Shown: positions 8,801-18,901, counted from the first letter of the stretch. The stretch: 64,000 bases of DNA from Terriglobia bacterium (GCA_965198225.1 CBDAOY010000006.1:64001-128000); one strand, 5' to 3'. Numbers and translations are program-made. Notes: generated by a model not told the origin, from the letters alone.

Positions 8801-10384
8801 CTAGTTCCTCACCGTCGGGTATTCGATCCCCAACTGTTCCAGGTAGGTCTTATACCGGGTCGGGTCGAAGTAGTACTCCTGCATCCGGTCCCGGTATGCC
8901 GCCATGATCTCCCGGTTCAGATGGACTGCCGGGGTGTCTGTGTCGCTGATGAAGGGCGTGTAGGTCATGTCCTTGGTCTGGACCTCGCGGAAGTACTGCC
9001 ACGCCTCGTCGAGGAGATCATCTCTGAGCAGGAAGTCCAGGATGGTCATAGCCTGAGCTTTCGCTCCAGCCGTGGCGCCCTTGTGGGCGATCGGTGTCGC
9101 CATAGCGACCGCGTTGGACCAGTGGTGTCCCGGCAGACCGGGGATGTTGGACGGGAAACGCAGCGTGACGGTCGGCACGTTCCAGGATATGTCTCCGATG
9201 TCGTCGGACCCGCCGCCCCGCGGCGCTTCGATCGGTTCGGGCAGTGGCTCGATCTCCGTATTCAAACCGTTCGTCTCCTCGTTGCCCAGCTCCGTCTGGA
9301 CCGCACGGGCAAGTGTCTGGTCCGCCTCGCTCCACTCCGGCAAGCCGACGGCCTGGATGTTTTCATACATGGTCTCGGCCACGATCTTGTTGAAGTGTCC
9401 CGGCCAGGCCGATCCCAGGATCCTGTACTCCATTTCCGTTCCGGTCATCATGGCTGCCGCTTTCGCCATCGTCTGACCCGCTTCGAGCATGTCGGCAATG
9501 TGCGGATAGTCGGTTTCCCTCAAGAAGTACCAGACCGACGCTTCAGAGGGCACGACGTTCGGCTGGTCGCCGCCGTTCGGGATGACGTAGTGCGATCGCT
9601 GCTGGAGGCGCAGGTGTTCCCGGCGGTAGTTCCACCCGACGTTCATCAACTCGACCGCATCCAGGGCGCTGCGACCTCGCCATGGCGCGCCCGCACCGTG
9701 CGCGGCTTCACCATGGAAAGTGAACTCGATCGAAACCAGCCCGCTCCCGGCCGTGGGGCCGTGGCGCACAGACAGGTTGTTGCTCACGTGCGAGAAGAGG
9801 ACGATGTCCACGTCCTCGAAGAAACCGTCGCGGACGTAGTAGGCCTTCGAGCCCAGTTGCTCTTCGGCGACTCCCGGCCAGAGCTTGAGCGTTCCCGAAA
9901 TGCCCTCTCGCTCCATGAGCTCCTTGACTGCGATCGCCGCCGTCACGTTGACCGCCTGTCCGGAGTTGTGACCCTCACCGTGCCCCGGAGCTCCTTCGAT
10001 CAAGGGATCGTGGTACGCCACGCCGGGTTTTTGTGAAGCCTTCGGTATGCCGTCAATGTCGCTGCCGAGAGCGATGACCGGTTCGCCGGATCCCCAGGTC
10101 GCCATCCATGCTGTCGGCATGCTCGAGATGCCGCGTTCGATCGTGAAGCCGTTCTCTTCGAGAATCTCGGTGATGTAGCGTGACGTTTCGACTTCCTGGA
10201 AACCCAGCTCTCCGAAGCTGTAGATCATGTCGACCATCTGCTGGGTGAAATCCCGCAGGCCCTCTACCTTCTCGACGGACTCCTGCTTGAGGCCGGCCAG
10301 CTCGCTGTCGTCCTGAGCAGCGACGGGCAGCGTGAGAGCGACGATCAGCACGAATGTCCAGGTGCAGCGCTGGAAACTACGCAT
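8801..10384 (-). CDS. Secreted M20 amidohydrolase (AbgB-like)
   Basis: Signal peptide; ELGFQE, GHGEGHN, GVAEEQ, AAHGAGAPWRGRSALDAVELM, GGDQPNVVP, GGSDDIGDISW. Confidence 0.9.
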   Translation of the reverse strand: MRSFQRCTWTFVLIVALTLPVAAQDDSELAGLKQESVEKVEGLRDFTQQMVDMIYSFGELGFQEVETSRYITEILEENGFTIERGISSMPTAWMATWGSGEPVIALGSDIDGIPKASQKPGVAYHDPLIEGAPGHGEGHNSGQAVNVTAAIAVKELMEREGISGTLKLWPGVAEEQLGSKAYYVRDGFFEDVDIVLFSHVSNNLSVRHGPTAGSGLVSIEFTFHGEAAHGAGAPWRGRSALDAVELMNVGWNYRREHLRLQQRSHYVIPNGGDQPNVVPSEASVWYFLRETDYPHIADMLEAGQTMAKAAAMMTGTEMEYRILGSAWPGHFNKIVAETMYENIQAVGLPEWSEADQTLARAVQTELGNEETNGLNTEIEPLPEPIEAPRGGGSDDIGDISWNVPTVTLRFPSNIPGLPGHHWSNAVAMATPIAHKGATAGAKAQAMTILDFLLRDDLLDEAWQYFREVQTKDMTYTPFISDTDTPAVHLNREIMAAYRDRMQEYYFDPTRYKTYLEQLGIEYPTVRN

Positions 10385-10426
10385 GTTGACAACCTCCTGA
10401 AAAAGGAAACGTTGATTCTAGCAGGT

Positions 10427-10460
10427 AGTAGCCAGTTGTCAGTAGTCAGTTGCCAGTTGG
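10427..10460. repeat. 7-nt tandem repeat (AGTWGYC)x5
   Basis: agtagcc agttgtc agtagtc agttgcc agttgg; inverted relatives at 16118 and 41207. Confidence 0.8.
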
Positions 10461-10494
10461 CGGCTGCCCCGCCGAAACCCCCGGATCCATCCCT

Positions 10495-10525
10495 GTGTAG
10501 GTGCGCTCATAGAGCGCACCTACAC
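10495..10525. repeat. Fused double-ended REP palindrome
   Basis: GTGTAGGTGCGCTC-ATA-GAGCGCACCTACAC, perfect 14-bp stem. Confidence 0.9.
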
Positions 10526-10565
10526 CCGACCCTTAAAGTACGCAGGGGCCAGTCGTGCCCGACTC

Positions 10566-11258
10566 TTATTTCGTCAGAAACGGTTCGATCGTTTCCAGGA
10601 CGTTTTCGACGACGATCGTGTAGCCTTCGCCCGTGGGGTGGATGCCGTCAGGGAGGTTCAGGCTCCGAACGCCCGCCAGGCCTTCGAGGAAGAACGGGAT
10701 CCGTTCTACGCCGTACTCGTCGGCGAGCCCGACGAACATGTCCTCGAAATCCTGGACGTACTCCGGTCCGTAGTTGCGCGGGAGGGTGAGTCCGGCCAGG
10801 ACTACGCGAGTGCCGATCTCGTTGAAGGCTTCGATCATCGTGGCGAGGTTTGCTCGGGCGACCTCGATCGGGATGCCACGAAGACCGTCATTGGCTCCCA
10901 ATTCGAGAATGACAACCTCGGGTTCAAGGTCCAGTGCGCCGCTGAGCCGAGCGATCCCACCGCTCGTCGTGTCCCCGGCTATCCCCTGATTCACGACCCG
11001 GTAGGAATACCCCAGTCGGTCGAGTTCCCCCTGCAATTGGGCGGGATAGGAGACGTCGGCGTCGACGCCATAGCCTGCGGTCAGGCTGTCGCCAAAAGCC
11101 AGTATGACGGGCAGATCCGGATCGTATGCGGCGGGAACAGCGGCGGCAGCCCTCGGCGGCGGACTTCGGTCGGCTTCCGGTTCGGTTCTGCATGCCCCAG
11201 CGAGAGCCAGCAGGGCGAAGATTGTGAGTGACCGAAGAACGGTGGCGTTCGTCAACAT
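10566..11258 (-). CDS. tesA: GDSL/SGNH arylesterase / acyl-CoA thioesterase I (probable lipoprotein)
   Basis: FGDSLTAGYG, GIAGDTT, ELGANDGLRG, DGIHP; LAGAC lipobox; divergent from ybbAP as in the known arrangement. Confidence 0.9.
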   Translation of the reverse strand: MLTNATVLRSLTIFALLALAGACRTEPEADRSPPPRAAAAVPAAYDPDLPVILAFGDSLTAGYGVDADVSYPAQLQGELDRLGYSYRVVNQGIAGDTTSGGIARLSGALDLEPEVVILELGANDGLRGIPIEVARANLATMIEAFNEIGTRVVLAGLTLPRNYGPEYVQDFEDMFVGLADEYGVERIPFFLEGLAGVRSLNLPDGIHPTGEGYTIVVENVLETIEPFLTK

Positions 11259-11369
11259 AGTGAAGACCTTTCAATAGTGTACGATACCGTTAGGCGGATG
11301 CGACCCCTCGAACGGGGATGCGTCCGCCCGATCGAACGGCCAATCCGTCGACCCCGTGAAACAAGATTA

Positions 11370-12044
11370 ATGATCGTCGTCAAGAATCTCGTCAAGACAA
11401 TCGCAACCGAGACCCACCGGGTCGAGATCCTCAAGGACATCAGTTTCGAGGTTCCCAGCTCCCAGGTCGTTGCGATCATGGGTCCGTCGGGCAGTGGCAA
11501 GAGCACCCTGCTCGGAATGATTGCCGGACTGGATTGGCCCACGTCCGGATCCGTCATGCTCGACGGGATCGACATCACCGGCCTGAGCGAGGATGAGCTC
11601 GCCGGGGTCCGTGGACGCAAGATCGGGTTCGTCTTCCAGGCATACCAGCTGATTCCGACGCTGACCGCCATGGAGAACGTTCTCCTCCCTGCCGAGATGC
11701 TCGGGGATGGGACGGCGAACGGAGCGCTGGACCGGGCGCGGCAACTGCTCGACGGCGTGGGCCTGCTCGAGCGGCACGATCACTATCCGGCACAACTGTC
11801 GGGCGGGGAGCAGCAGAGGGTCGCGATTGCCCGGGCCTTCATGATGGGGCCGGCGATCCTGCTGGCCGACGAGCCGACCGGCAACCTCGACAGCGAGAAC
11901 GGGAGCCACGTTCTGGAGCTGTTGCTGAAGCTCAACCGAGACCAGGGGACGACGCTCGTCCTGGTCACCCACAACCGGGAACTAGCCTCCCATGCCGACC
12001 GGCGGATTTTCCTGAAGGACGGGCGGATAGTGGAAGACGTCTAG
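11370..12044 (+). CDS. ABC transporter ATP-binding protein (YbbA/LolD-like)
   Basis: GPSGSGKST, LSGGEQQRVAIAR, ILLADEPTGNLD, VTH; start set at ATG 11370. Confidence 0.95.
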   Translation: MIVVKNLVKTIATETHRVEILKDISFEVPSSQVVAIMGPSGSGKSTLLGMIAGLDWPTSGSVMLDGIDITGLSEDELAGVRGRKIGFVFQAYQLIPTLTAMENVLLPAEMLGDGTANGALDRARQLLDGVGLLERHDHYPAQLSGGEQQRVAIARAFMMGPAILLADEPTGNLDSENGSHVLELLLKLNRDQGTTLVLVTHNRELASHADRRIFLKDGRIVEDV

Positions 12045-12106
12045 GTGCGGTCCATGACCGCACATTCTTCGAAACGGGACGTCGTGCGCTCATAGAGCGC
12101 ACCTAC
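12041..12106. repeat. GTAG-REP doublet (REPIN-like) inside an operon
   Basis: G-type copy 12041-12063, 20-bp spacer, inverted C-type copy 12084-12106. Confidence 0.88.
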
Positions 12107-12114
12107 AGCTGAAT

Positions 12115-14637
12115 ATGAGATTCGCTTTCCGAATGGCCTGGCGCGAAGCCCGCGCATCGAAGGGACGCTTCCTGTTCGTGATCCTGGCGATTGCGGCGGG
12201 AGTGGCTGCCCTGAGCGGAGTCAAGGGCTTTAACGAATCCGTCCGGTACACGTTGCTCGCCGAAGCCCGCACATTGATGGGCGCCGACCTCGTGATCCGC
12301 CTCTCTGTCGATCCTACCGACGAGGAGTTGGCCTTCCTCGAGAGCCTTCGTGAGCGGGGAATCGATTTCACGCGGGTGACGGAAACGGTCTCGATGTCGT
12401 CTTCGACGTCCCATCCTCAACCCCTGTTGAGCTCGATCAAAGCGGCGGATCTATCGGTCTATCCTTACTACGGAACGCTGGAATTCGAGCCGGCGGAAGC
12501 GTCGATGGGTGACGACACGGTCATCGTTTCGGACGACCTTCTCATGCGGTTGGATGTCGATGTCGGCGACACGATTAAGGTCAGTGCGGGGGAATTCCGT
12601 ATCGCGGCTGTCGCCGTCCGAGAGCCGGACCGCATGACGACCGGATTCACGCTCGGTCCGCGCGTCCTTATGACGCCGGCCGGTTACGAGCAGGCAGGAC
12701 TCGCCGTTCGTGGAAGCCGTGCGACACAGCGGCTTTTGCTGCGACTTCCAGAGGGAACCGACCTGGATGGAACCCGTGCCGAGATCCGGGAAGTATTCGG
12801 CCGCCGCGCCCGGGTGTCGGACTTTACGCAGCAGAACCGAACGCTTTCCCGCGGCCTTCGGCGGGCGACGATATTCCTCAGCCTCGTGAGCCTGATTGCG
12901 TTGATAGTGGGAGGCCTGGGCGTTGCCACCTCGATTGAAAGCCACCTCCGTCAGAAGATGGATACGATCGCGATGATCAAATGCCTGGGCGGCCGCTCGC
13001 GCCAGATCATGAGGATCTACGTCGTCCAGGCAACCCTACTCGGCCTCGCAGGAAGCCTGATCGGCGTCGCGCTGGGGTTCGGCGCGCAGTTGGTATTTCC
13101 GCGGTTTCTCGCCGGTTACTTCGACGTCGACATCCACCTGATCGTATCGATCGCCCCGATACTGCAGGGCGTTCTGGCCGGGCTTCTGACCGCTTTGCTG
13201 TTCACGATCCCCCCCCTGCTGTCGATCTCCCGAATCCGTCCGGCACTGATTTTCCGGCGCGATATGGCCGAGGCGCAGGTTCGAGGGCGGGATCTGCGGC
13301 CTTACGCGGCTTTCGGCGTTATCGCCCTTGGCCTCTGGGCCATGGCCGTGTGGATCGGTTCGTCGCTCTACGTCGGATCCATATTCGCGGGTGGCCTGCT
13401 CGTCAGCGTCATCCTGCTGGGGCTGGTCGGACAGGGATTGATGGTGCTGATGCGCCGCGTCCTCAATCGCTACTCGCGGAGCTGGCACCCGTCCCTCCGA
13501 CACGGTGTCGCGAACCTGTATCGGCCCGGAACCCACGTCGTGGCGGTCCTCGTTGCCCTGGGCATCGGCGTGATGTTCACGCTTTCGGTGCAACTGCTGC
13601 AGACCTCTCTCGTGGATCAGTTGCGGACGAGCGCGCCTCCCGACATGCCGAACGTGTACATGATCAACATCACGGATCGGGAGAAGGACGGGCTGTGGGA
13701 ATTGCTCGGAGAACAGGACGGCGTGATCGAGGCACAACCGGCGTCTCCGGCGGTGTCCGGAATGCTGCATCGCGTGAACGAGGTGGCGATCGAGGACATG
13801 AACCTGGTCGAAGGCGAGCGTCGTTACCTGCGGGTCCAGTTTGCGCTCACCTGGTCGGACGAACCCCCACCGGCGACCGAGATTCTGGAAGGCGAGTGGT
13901 GGGAAGAGGGGACGGGAGACCGCCTGGTTTCGGTGGAAGAGAATGCCGCGGGGATCCTGCGCCTGGACCCCGGTGACACCGTCGAGTGGAATGTCGGAGG
14001 GAGAGTCGTGGGCGCGCGTGTCGCCAACGTTCGTCGGACCGACGGAACCCGCTCTGGGGCCAACAACCAGTTCATTCTGACCCCCGGTACGCTCGATGAG
14101 TTTCCTGGCGTCTATTACGGCGCGCTGCTTGTCGAACCCGAAGCCGTGGGCGCGCTGCAACGCGCCGTGTTTGAACGCTACCCGTCGGTGACGGTCATCA
14201 ATGCCGCCGACATCCTGGCCATCGTTCAGCAGACGATCGAGCGGATGAGCCTGACCGTTCGCTTCGTCGCCGCGTTTGCGATCCTGGGAGGAATCATCAT
14301 CCTCGCCTCGAGCGTCGCCGGCACCCGCTACCGCCGTATCCGTGAAGTCGCGATACTGAAGACCGTCGGCGCGACACGCTCCCGGATCGTCGGTGTCTTC
14401 TCGGTGGAGTTCCTTATCCTCGGGCTGGTGGCCGGCCTGATCGGAAGCCTTCTGGCCGCCGCCTTTACCGCCTTCGTCGTCGACCAGTTGATGGACGGGA
14501 CATATGTCATCGATTGGTTGCCTCTCGTCGCCGCAATCGCCCTGACGGCATTACTCGCCGTCGCGACCGGCTGGGCCGCCAGCTACCGTATCCTCGGGCA
14601 GAAACCTCTCGAAGTCCTCCGCCGCGCCGAAACCTGA
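12115..14637 (+). CDS. ABC transporter permease (YbbP-like, duplicated FtsX domains)
   Basis: MAWREAR, ARTLMGADL, IAMIKCLG, REVAILKTVGA, multiple TM segments. Confidence 0.92.
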   Translation: MRFAFRMAWREARASKGRFLFVILAIAAGVAALSGVKGFNESVRYTLLAEARTLMGADLVIRLSVDPTDEELAFLESLRERGIDFTRVTETVSMSSSTSHPQPLLSSIKAADLSVYPYYGTLEFEPAEASMGDDTVIVSDDLLMRLDVDVGDTIKVSAGEFRIAAVAVREPDRMTTGFTLGPRVLMTPAGYEQAGLAVRGSRATQRLLLRLPEGTDLDGTRAEIREVFGRRARVSDFTQQNRTLSRGLRRATIFLSLVSLIALIVGGLGVATSIESHLRQKMDTIAMIKCLGGRSRQIMRIYVVQATLLGLAGSLIGVALGFGAQLVFPRFLAGYFDVDIHLIVSIAPILQGVLAGLLTALLFTIPPLLSISRIRPALIFRRDMAEAQVRGRDLRPYAAFGVIALGLWAMAVWIGSSLYVGSIFAGGLLVSVILLGLVGQGLMVLMRRVLNRYSRSWHPSLRHGVANLYRPGTHVVAVLVALGIGVMFTLSVQLLQTSLVDQLRTSAPPDMPNVYMINITDREKDGLWELLGEQDGVIEAQPASPAVSGMLHRVNEVAIEDMNLVEGERRYLRVQFALTWSDEPPPATEILEGEWWEEGTGDRLVSVEENAAGILRLDPGDTVEWNVGGRVVGARVANVRRTDGTRSGANNQFILTPGTLDEFPGVYYGALLVEPEAVGALQRAVFERYPSVTVINAADILAIVQQTIERMSLTVRFVAAFAILGGIIILASSVAGTRYRRIREVAILKTVGATRSRIVGVFSVEFLILGLVAGLIGSLLAAAFTAFVVDQLMDGTYVIDWLPLVAAIALTALLAVATGWAASYRILGQKPLEVLRRAET

Positions 14638-14669
14638 CCCCGACGACATAGAAAGCCGTCAGAATAGGA

Positions 14670-14741
14670 TTAACCACGGAGGCACAGAGGCACGGACTGA
14701 TCTCTTGTCTTTCCTCTGTGTCTCTGTGCCTCCGTGGTTAA
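14670..14741. repeat. Second 8-nt-unit inverted repeat between convergent genes
   Basis: 14666-14696 is the exact reverse complement of 5702-5732. Confidence 0.85.
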
Positions 14742-14765
14742 AAAGATGGTTCAGTTCTAGACAAG

Positions 14766-15911
14766 TTACAGGTGAGGCCGGAGGCGCTGCAGTGCGTCTT
14801 TGAGAACGGAAGGTTGCTGGACGTAGCTCAGGACCAGGTGGCGGCCGTCGGTGTCGTAGAAGTAGCCGGGGTGGACCAGAAGGTGCTCCTCTTCGAGCAG
14901 TTCGATAGCAAGATTCTCTTCGTCGATGTCCCGCGTGTAAGGGAGTATCAGGTAGAAACCGCCTCGCGGTGCGACGAGGTCCAGGCCTTTCAAAGCGGCA
15001 AGCGCCGTGTTTCGACGCTCGCTCATCCGGTGTCGGTAGTCTTCGAGGAAATCGGCTCCCCTTTCGAACACCGCCTGAACGGCGAACTGGGCGATCTCGT
15101 TCACGGGAAGAAAGGTGTCCGAGATCAGTTCCAGGGTGGCGAGGGCTTTGCCGACGAGATTCGAAGTTCCGGAAACTGCCACCCACCCGATCTTCATCCC
15201 GGGGAGCGCGAACGTTTTCGAGAAACCGTTCAGCGTGAACACGAGCGGGGTGTCGCCATCGGCCAGGCGCACGCCTGGACCTTCGAATACGAACTCGCTG
15301 AACACCTCGTCCGCGATAATCGGCAGGTCGTGGCGCCGGGCAATGGCAGCCAGAGCGTCGCCCTGCGAGGAATCGACGACCATACCCGTTGGGTTGTGCG
15401 GCGATATGACGACGATCGCCCGCGTCCTTTCATTGATCTGGTCCTCCAGGTAGTCGAGATCGATCATCCACCCTTGCGGCTCGATCAACCGGTAGTTCCT
15501 GACGTGAACGCCGCAGGTCTTTGCGATGTAGTCGAAGAGCGGATAAGAAGGTGTCGGGCAGAGAACCTCGTCGGTTGTGTCGCAAAGCAGCTTGAAGCAG
15601 TACCAATAGGCGACGCTGGTACCGGGTGTGAGCAGGACGCGGTCGGGGGTGATCCAGGACGGGTCGTGACTGGCGATGGCGGCCCGGGCAGAGGGCTGAC
15701 CGAACGAGTCCGGCTTGTACACCGCTGACTTTTCTGCAGCCTCGCTGAGTATCTCTTTGAGCAAGCCTTCCGGGAAAACGATTCCATGCTCATTTACGTT
15801 CCCCGAAATCAGATCAACGATCGGCCGGCCTTCTTCAACGAACCTGTCGCGAACCTGGTAGAGCCGGTTCCTGGAGCCCGGAAAGCGGTCAGCGAGGTTG
15901 GAAAAACGCAT
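14766..15911 (-). CDS. PLP-dependent aminotransferase class I/II
   Basis: PTPSYPLF, SPHNPTG, IIADEVF, NGFSKTFALPGMKIGW. Confidence 0.92.
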   Translation of the reverse strand: MRFSNLADRFPGSRNRLYQVRDRFVEEGRPIVDLISGNVNEHGIVFPEGLLKEILSEAAEKSAVYKPDSFGQPSARAAIASHDPSWITPDRVLLTPGTSVAYWYCFKLLCDTTDEVLCPTPSYPLFDYIAKTCGVHVRNYRLIEPQGWMIDLDYLEDQINERTRAIVVISPHNPTGMVVDSSQGDALAAIARRHDLPIIADEVFSEFVFEGPGVRLADGDTPLVFTLNGFSKTFALPGMKIGWVAVSGTSNLVGKALATLELISDTFLPVNEIAQFAVQAVFERGADFLEDYRHRMSERRNTALAALKGLDLVAPRGGFYLILPYTRDIDEENLAIELLEEEHLLVHPGYFYDTDGRHLVLSYVQQPSVLKDALQRLRPHL

Positions 15912-15936
15912 AATGGAGGGAAGCTCTCAGGGTAGT

Positions 15937-16116
15937 GTAGCTGCGCTCTATGAGCGGAACCATTCATTAGCGTCGGGCCCACCGTCCCCCTCCCGACGTG
16001 AGTTTGAGCGTTCAAGTGCCGATCGCGGTGCGCGGGTGTGTAGAGAAAGACAGCTGGTCCGGTCCCCCCACGCCTCCCTCAAGCCGGAACCATGTGCGGT
16101 CATAGACCGCACCTGC
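15937..16116 (-). repeat. Long REP-bounded composite element, copy 1
   Basis: REP arms enclosing the reverse complement of CGTGGGGGGACCGGACCAGCTG...GAACGCT...GGGAGGGGGACGGTGGGCCCGACGCT. Confidence 0.85.
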
Positions 16117-16142
16117 ACCAACTGACTACCGACTACTGACTA

Positions 16143-17009
16143 CTATTCCCTATTCCCCGCCATCTCGTCGTAGAACCCCTCCAGGCTTCGCAACAGACGA
16201 CCTTCCCACGCCCAGCCGATGTCTTCCAGGTCGACGCGTTCGGCAAGGTTCTCTTTGGTTGCGCCTTGGCGGATCGCCGTACTCGTCCGCCGCTGCGTCG
16301 TCTGAAACTTTGTCCGGAATTCACGCAATCCGGCCTTCGTGACCACGTCCCCATGGCCGGGGATCACTTTGTCGGCATCCAGCGAGAGGATCCCGTCGAT
16401 CGTGTCGAGCCACTCGGTGCTGTCGCCCCCGTTGCCGTAGTCGATGAACGGCGTCCCGGCGCTGACGAACAGATCTCCGGTATGGATGATCCTCAGATCC
16501 GGAAAGTAAATCGCCGAATCGCCGTTGGTATGGCCGCGCCCGAAGTGAATGGCTCGGACCTCGGCGCCGCCCAGATGCACGGATGCCTGGTCGGTGTACA
16601 CCATCGTCGGCGGTCCCGGTTGATCGTTTCGCAACATGTTGGCCCGAACGTTCGTATGAGCCAGAATCTGCGCGACCGGGCCGAACCGCGGGTTGCTACC
16701 CACGTGGTCTCCGTGGTTGTGCGTGTTGAACACGTACTTGACGGGTTGATCTGTCACGCCTTTGATTCTGGCGATGATCTCATCGTAGTTCCGTTCGAAC
16801 TTGTCATCGACGATGATCACACCCTCCGACGTGACCCTTGCGCTGACGTTGCCGCCGCTGCCGACGATGACGTAGAGCCCGTCAGCGACTTCTTGAATGT
16901 CCAGCGGTGGAGCCTGGCCCCGGCCTCCCCGTTGGGTCAGGCCGTTGAGCGCGGCCGCGGAAATGCCCACGAGGGCCGCAACGGCGATCACAAGGAATTT
17001 TCTGCGCAT
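16143..17009 (-). CDS. Secreted MBL-fold metallo-hydrolase (cyclase-like), paralog 1
   Basis: NTHNHGDH, GHTNGD, HTGDLF, IPGHG; signal peptide; start at ATG 17009. Confidence 0.9.
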   Translation of the reverse strand: MRRKFLVIAVAALVGISAAALNGLTQRGGRGQAPPLDIQEVADGLYVIVGSGGNVSARVTSEGVIIVDDKFERNYDEIIARIKGVTDQPVKYVFNTHNHGDHVGSNPRFGPVAQILAHTNVRANMLRNDQPGPPTMVYTDQASVHLGGAEVRAIHFGRGHTNGDSAIYFPDLRIIHTGDLFVSAGTPFIDYGNGGDSTEWLDTIDGILSLDADKVIPGHGDVVTKAGLREFRTKFQTTQRRTSTAIRQGATKENLAERVDLEDIGWAWEGRLLRSLEGFYDEMAGNRE

Positions 17010-17050
17010 GCTGGTTCCCTCCACTTTTAAGTGACGAGTGACAGGTGGGT

Positions 17051-17116
17051 GTAGGTGCGCTCTATGAGCGCACATCCCTCGGTCTGGAATAATGTACGGT
17101 CATAGACCGCACCTAC
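17051..17116. repeat. GTAG-REP doublet
   Basis: C-type 17051, 20-bp spacer, inverted G-type 17094. Confidence 0.9.
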
Positions 17117-17126
17117 ACCTATCGAA

Positions 17127-17975
17127 CTACCGGCTTCCCGCTAGTTCGTCATAGAAGTCGGGCAGGCTGCGGCGTCCAAAGAGGCTGCCTTCGATGGGCC
17201 AGCCCAGATCGTCGCCGTTCAAGCGGGAGCCGAACTGGTCTTTCGTCACGCCCCGGGAGATCAGCTCTCGGGCACGGTTCTGAAGCGTTTCGAACTTGCT
17301 GCGGAACTCCCGGACGTCGTTCTTGGTCATCACACCGCCGTGTCCGGGAATGACGGTCTCGAAGTCCAACTCGAGAATGTTGTCGAGCGTCGTCAGCCAC
17401 TCGACGCTGGTTCCCCCGTTGGCGTAGTCGATGAACGGCGTGCCACCGACGAAGAGGTCGCCCGTGTGAACGGTCCGGAGGTCCGGGAAAAAGATGACCG
17501 CATCGCCGTTCGTGTGACCGCGTCCGACGTGGTGCGCGCTAACTTCCGCGCCGCCCAGGAAGACGGCTGTCTGATCGGTGAAGACGATTGACGGCGCACC
17601 CGACTGGTTCCCGTTCAGGATGTTCGTCCGGACGTTGGAATGTGCGATCACCTGTGCGACGGCCGAGAATTTTTCATTGCCGCCGGTGTGGTCCCCATGA
17701 TGGTGAGTATTGAGGACGTATTTCACGGGCTGATCCGTCACGCTCCGTATTCTCGACATGATGTCGTCGTAGTTCTGCTCGAATTTGTCGTCCACGACGA
17801 CGACACCCTCGGACGTAACGCGGACTCCCACGTTCCCACCGTCGCCGACGATCATATAGAGACCGTCGGCCACCTCCTGGATCTCCAGCCCCTGCTGCTG
17901 CGTCAGAACGACCAGGCCCGCTGCGCCCGCCCCGACCACGGCTGCGATGGCGATGACGAGAAACTTTCTGCTCAT
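17127..17975 (-). CDS. Secreted MBL-fold metallo-hydrolase, paralog 2
   Basis: NTHHHGDH, GHTNGD, HTGDLF, IPGHG; clearly similar to paralog 1; GAGGAG RBS before ATG 17975. Confidence 0.9.
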   Translation of the reverse strand: MSRKFLVIAIAAVVGAGAAGLVVLTQQQGLEIQEVADGLYMIVGDGGNVGVRVTSEGVVVVDDKFEQNYDDIMSRIRSVTDQPVKYVLNTHHHGDHTGGNEKFSAVAQVIAHSNVRTNILNGNQSGAPSIVFTDQTAVFLGGAEVSAHHVGRGHTNGDAVIFFPDLRTVHTGDLFVGGTPFIDYANGGTSVEWLTTLDNILELDFETVIPGHGGVMTKNDVREFRSKFETLQNRARELISRGVTKDQFGSRLNGDDLGWPIEGSLFGRRSLPDFYDELAGSR

Positions 17976-18054
17976 GAATCTTTCCTCCTCAGTTCGTAAG
18001 GACCCACATTCTACATCTTTGGGAGGGGGTGACAAGTGACGAGAGCGCGAAAGT

Positions 18055-18248
18055 GTAGGTGCGCTCTATGAGCGCACATCTCTCAAGCCGGAACAGTCGT
18101 GCCCACGCCCGCCGTGGGGGGACCGGACCAACTGTTTTTCCCCCCAAAGCCCGCAGCGCCGGTTCGTGGTCGAACGCTCATCGTTTCGGCGGGAGGGGGA
18201 CGGTGGGCCCGACGCTGATTGATGGTTCCGGTCATAGACCGCACCTAC
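18055..18248 (+). repeat. Long REP-bounded composite element, copy 2
   Basis: Same internal core as 15937 and 18902. Confidence 0.85.
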
Positions 18249-18249
18249 A

Positions 18250-18810
18250 CTACTGGTCGCGGAGTAAGCGGCAAAGGTGCTTCACGGTCACGAAGTCCTT
18301 CAGGATCTCCCGCTGGAGCTTGACGTCGATCAGGTTCCGGCGCGCGGTTGTCACCACCTCGTCCAGCCTGGGCCAGAATCGGGGTATCTGTCGCGACAGT
18401 TGCTCCACCAGGGTCGGGAGGCCGCCGCCGCCATCCGGTTCCTCGTCGAAATCATCCAGGTCCCCGCCGAGGTAGGAGATCAGCCCATCGACGACCTCTT
18501 CGATTTCTTTGGCCCCACGGGCGATTGCCCGGCGGTTTGCGGAGTCGTACCCGGCGAGATACAGAAACGTCGAAAGATCCCGGCCCATTGATTCGAAGGC
18601 TTCGATATTCTTCTGGAACTCCCTGAGCTGTAGCGCGGCGAGTGCCATAGAGGTCTCGTCGGGCCTTGCCACCCTGCTTGTCAGCAGCCTCTCGGACATA
18701 CGCAGGTTCCAGGCTCTTCGACGGAATTCGGCCTCGTTGGAGGCCTGCCCCAAAACAGGAGTCGTCATGGCTGGAATCAACAGGAACAGAAGGAGTGCGA
18801 CTATCGGCAT
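18250..18810 (-). CDS. Hypothetical secreted, probably all-helical protein
   Basis: Hydrophobic N-terminal signal; fills the gap between two repeats; no recognised motif. Confidence 0.6.
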   Translation of the reverse strand: MPIVALLLFLLIPAMTTPVLGQASNEAEFRRRAWNLRMSERLLTSRVARPDETSMALAALQLREFQKNIEAFESMGRDLSTFLYLAGYDSANRRAIARGAKEIEEVVDGLISYLGGDLDDFDEEPDGGGGLPTLVEQLSRQIPRFWPRLDEVVTTARRNLIDVKLQREILKDFVTVKHLCRLLRDQ

Positions 18811-18901
18811 CTTGCTTTACCTGCCAGCCACCATCCTGCTCCCGTTGCGTTTGACAATCAACAAGAAAGCGAGTGCAGCAAGTCACGAGTGACAAGTAAG
18901 T

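Noticed and set aside
8657-10036. Long antisense ORFs (also 32577-33386, 37742-38836, 49682-50851, 60755-61915, 61994-63154)
   Set aside because: They lie opposite well-supported genes and are expected from high-GC codon bias; no motifs
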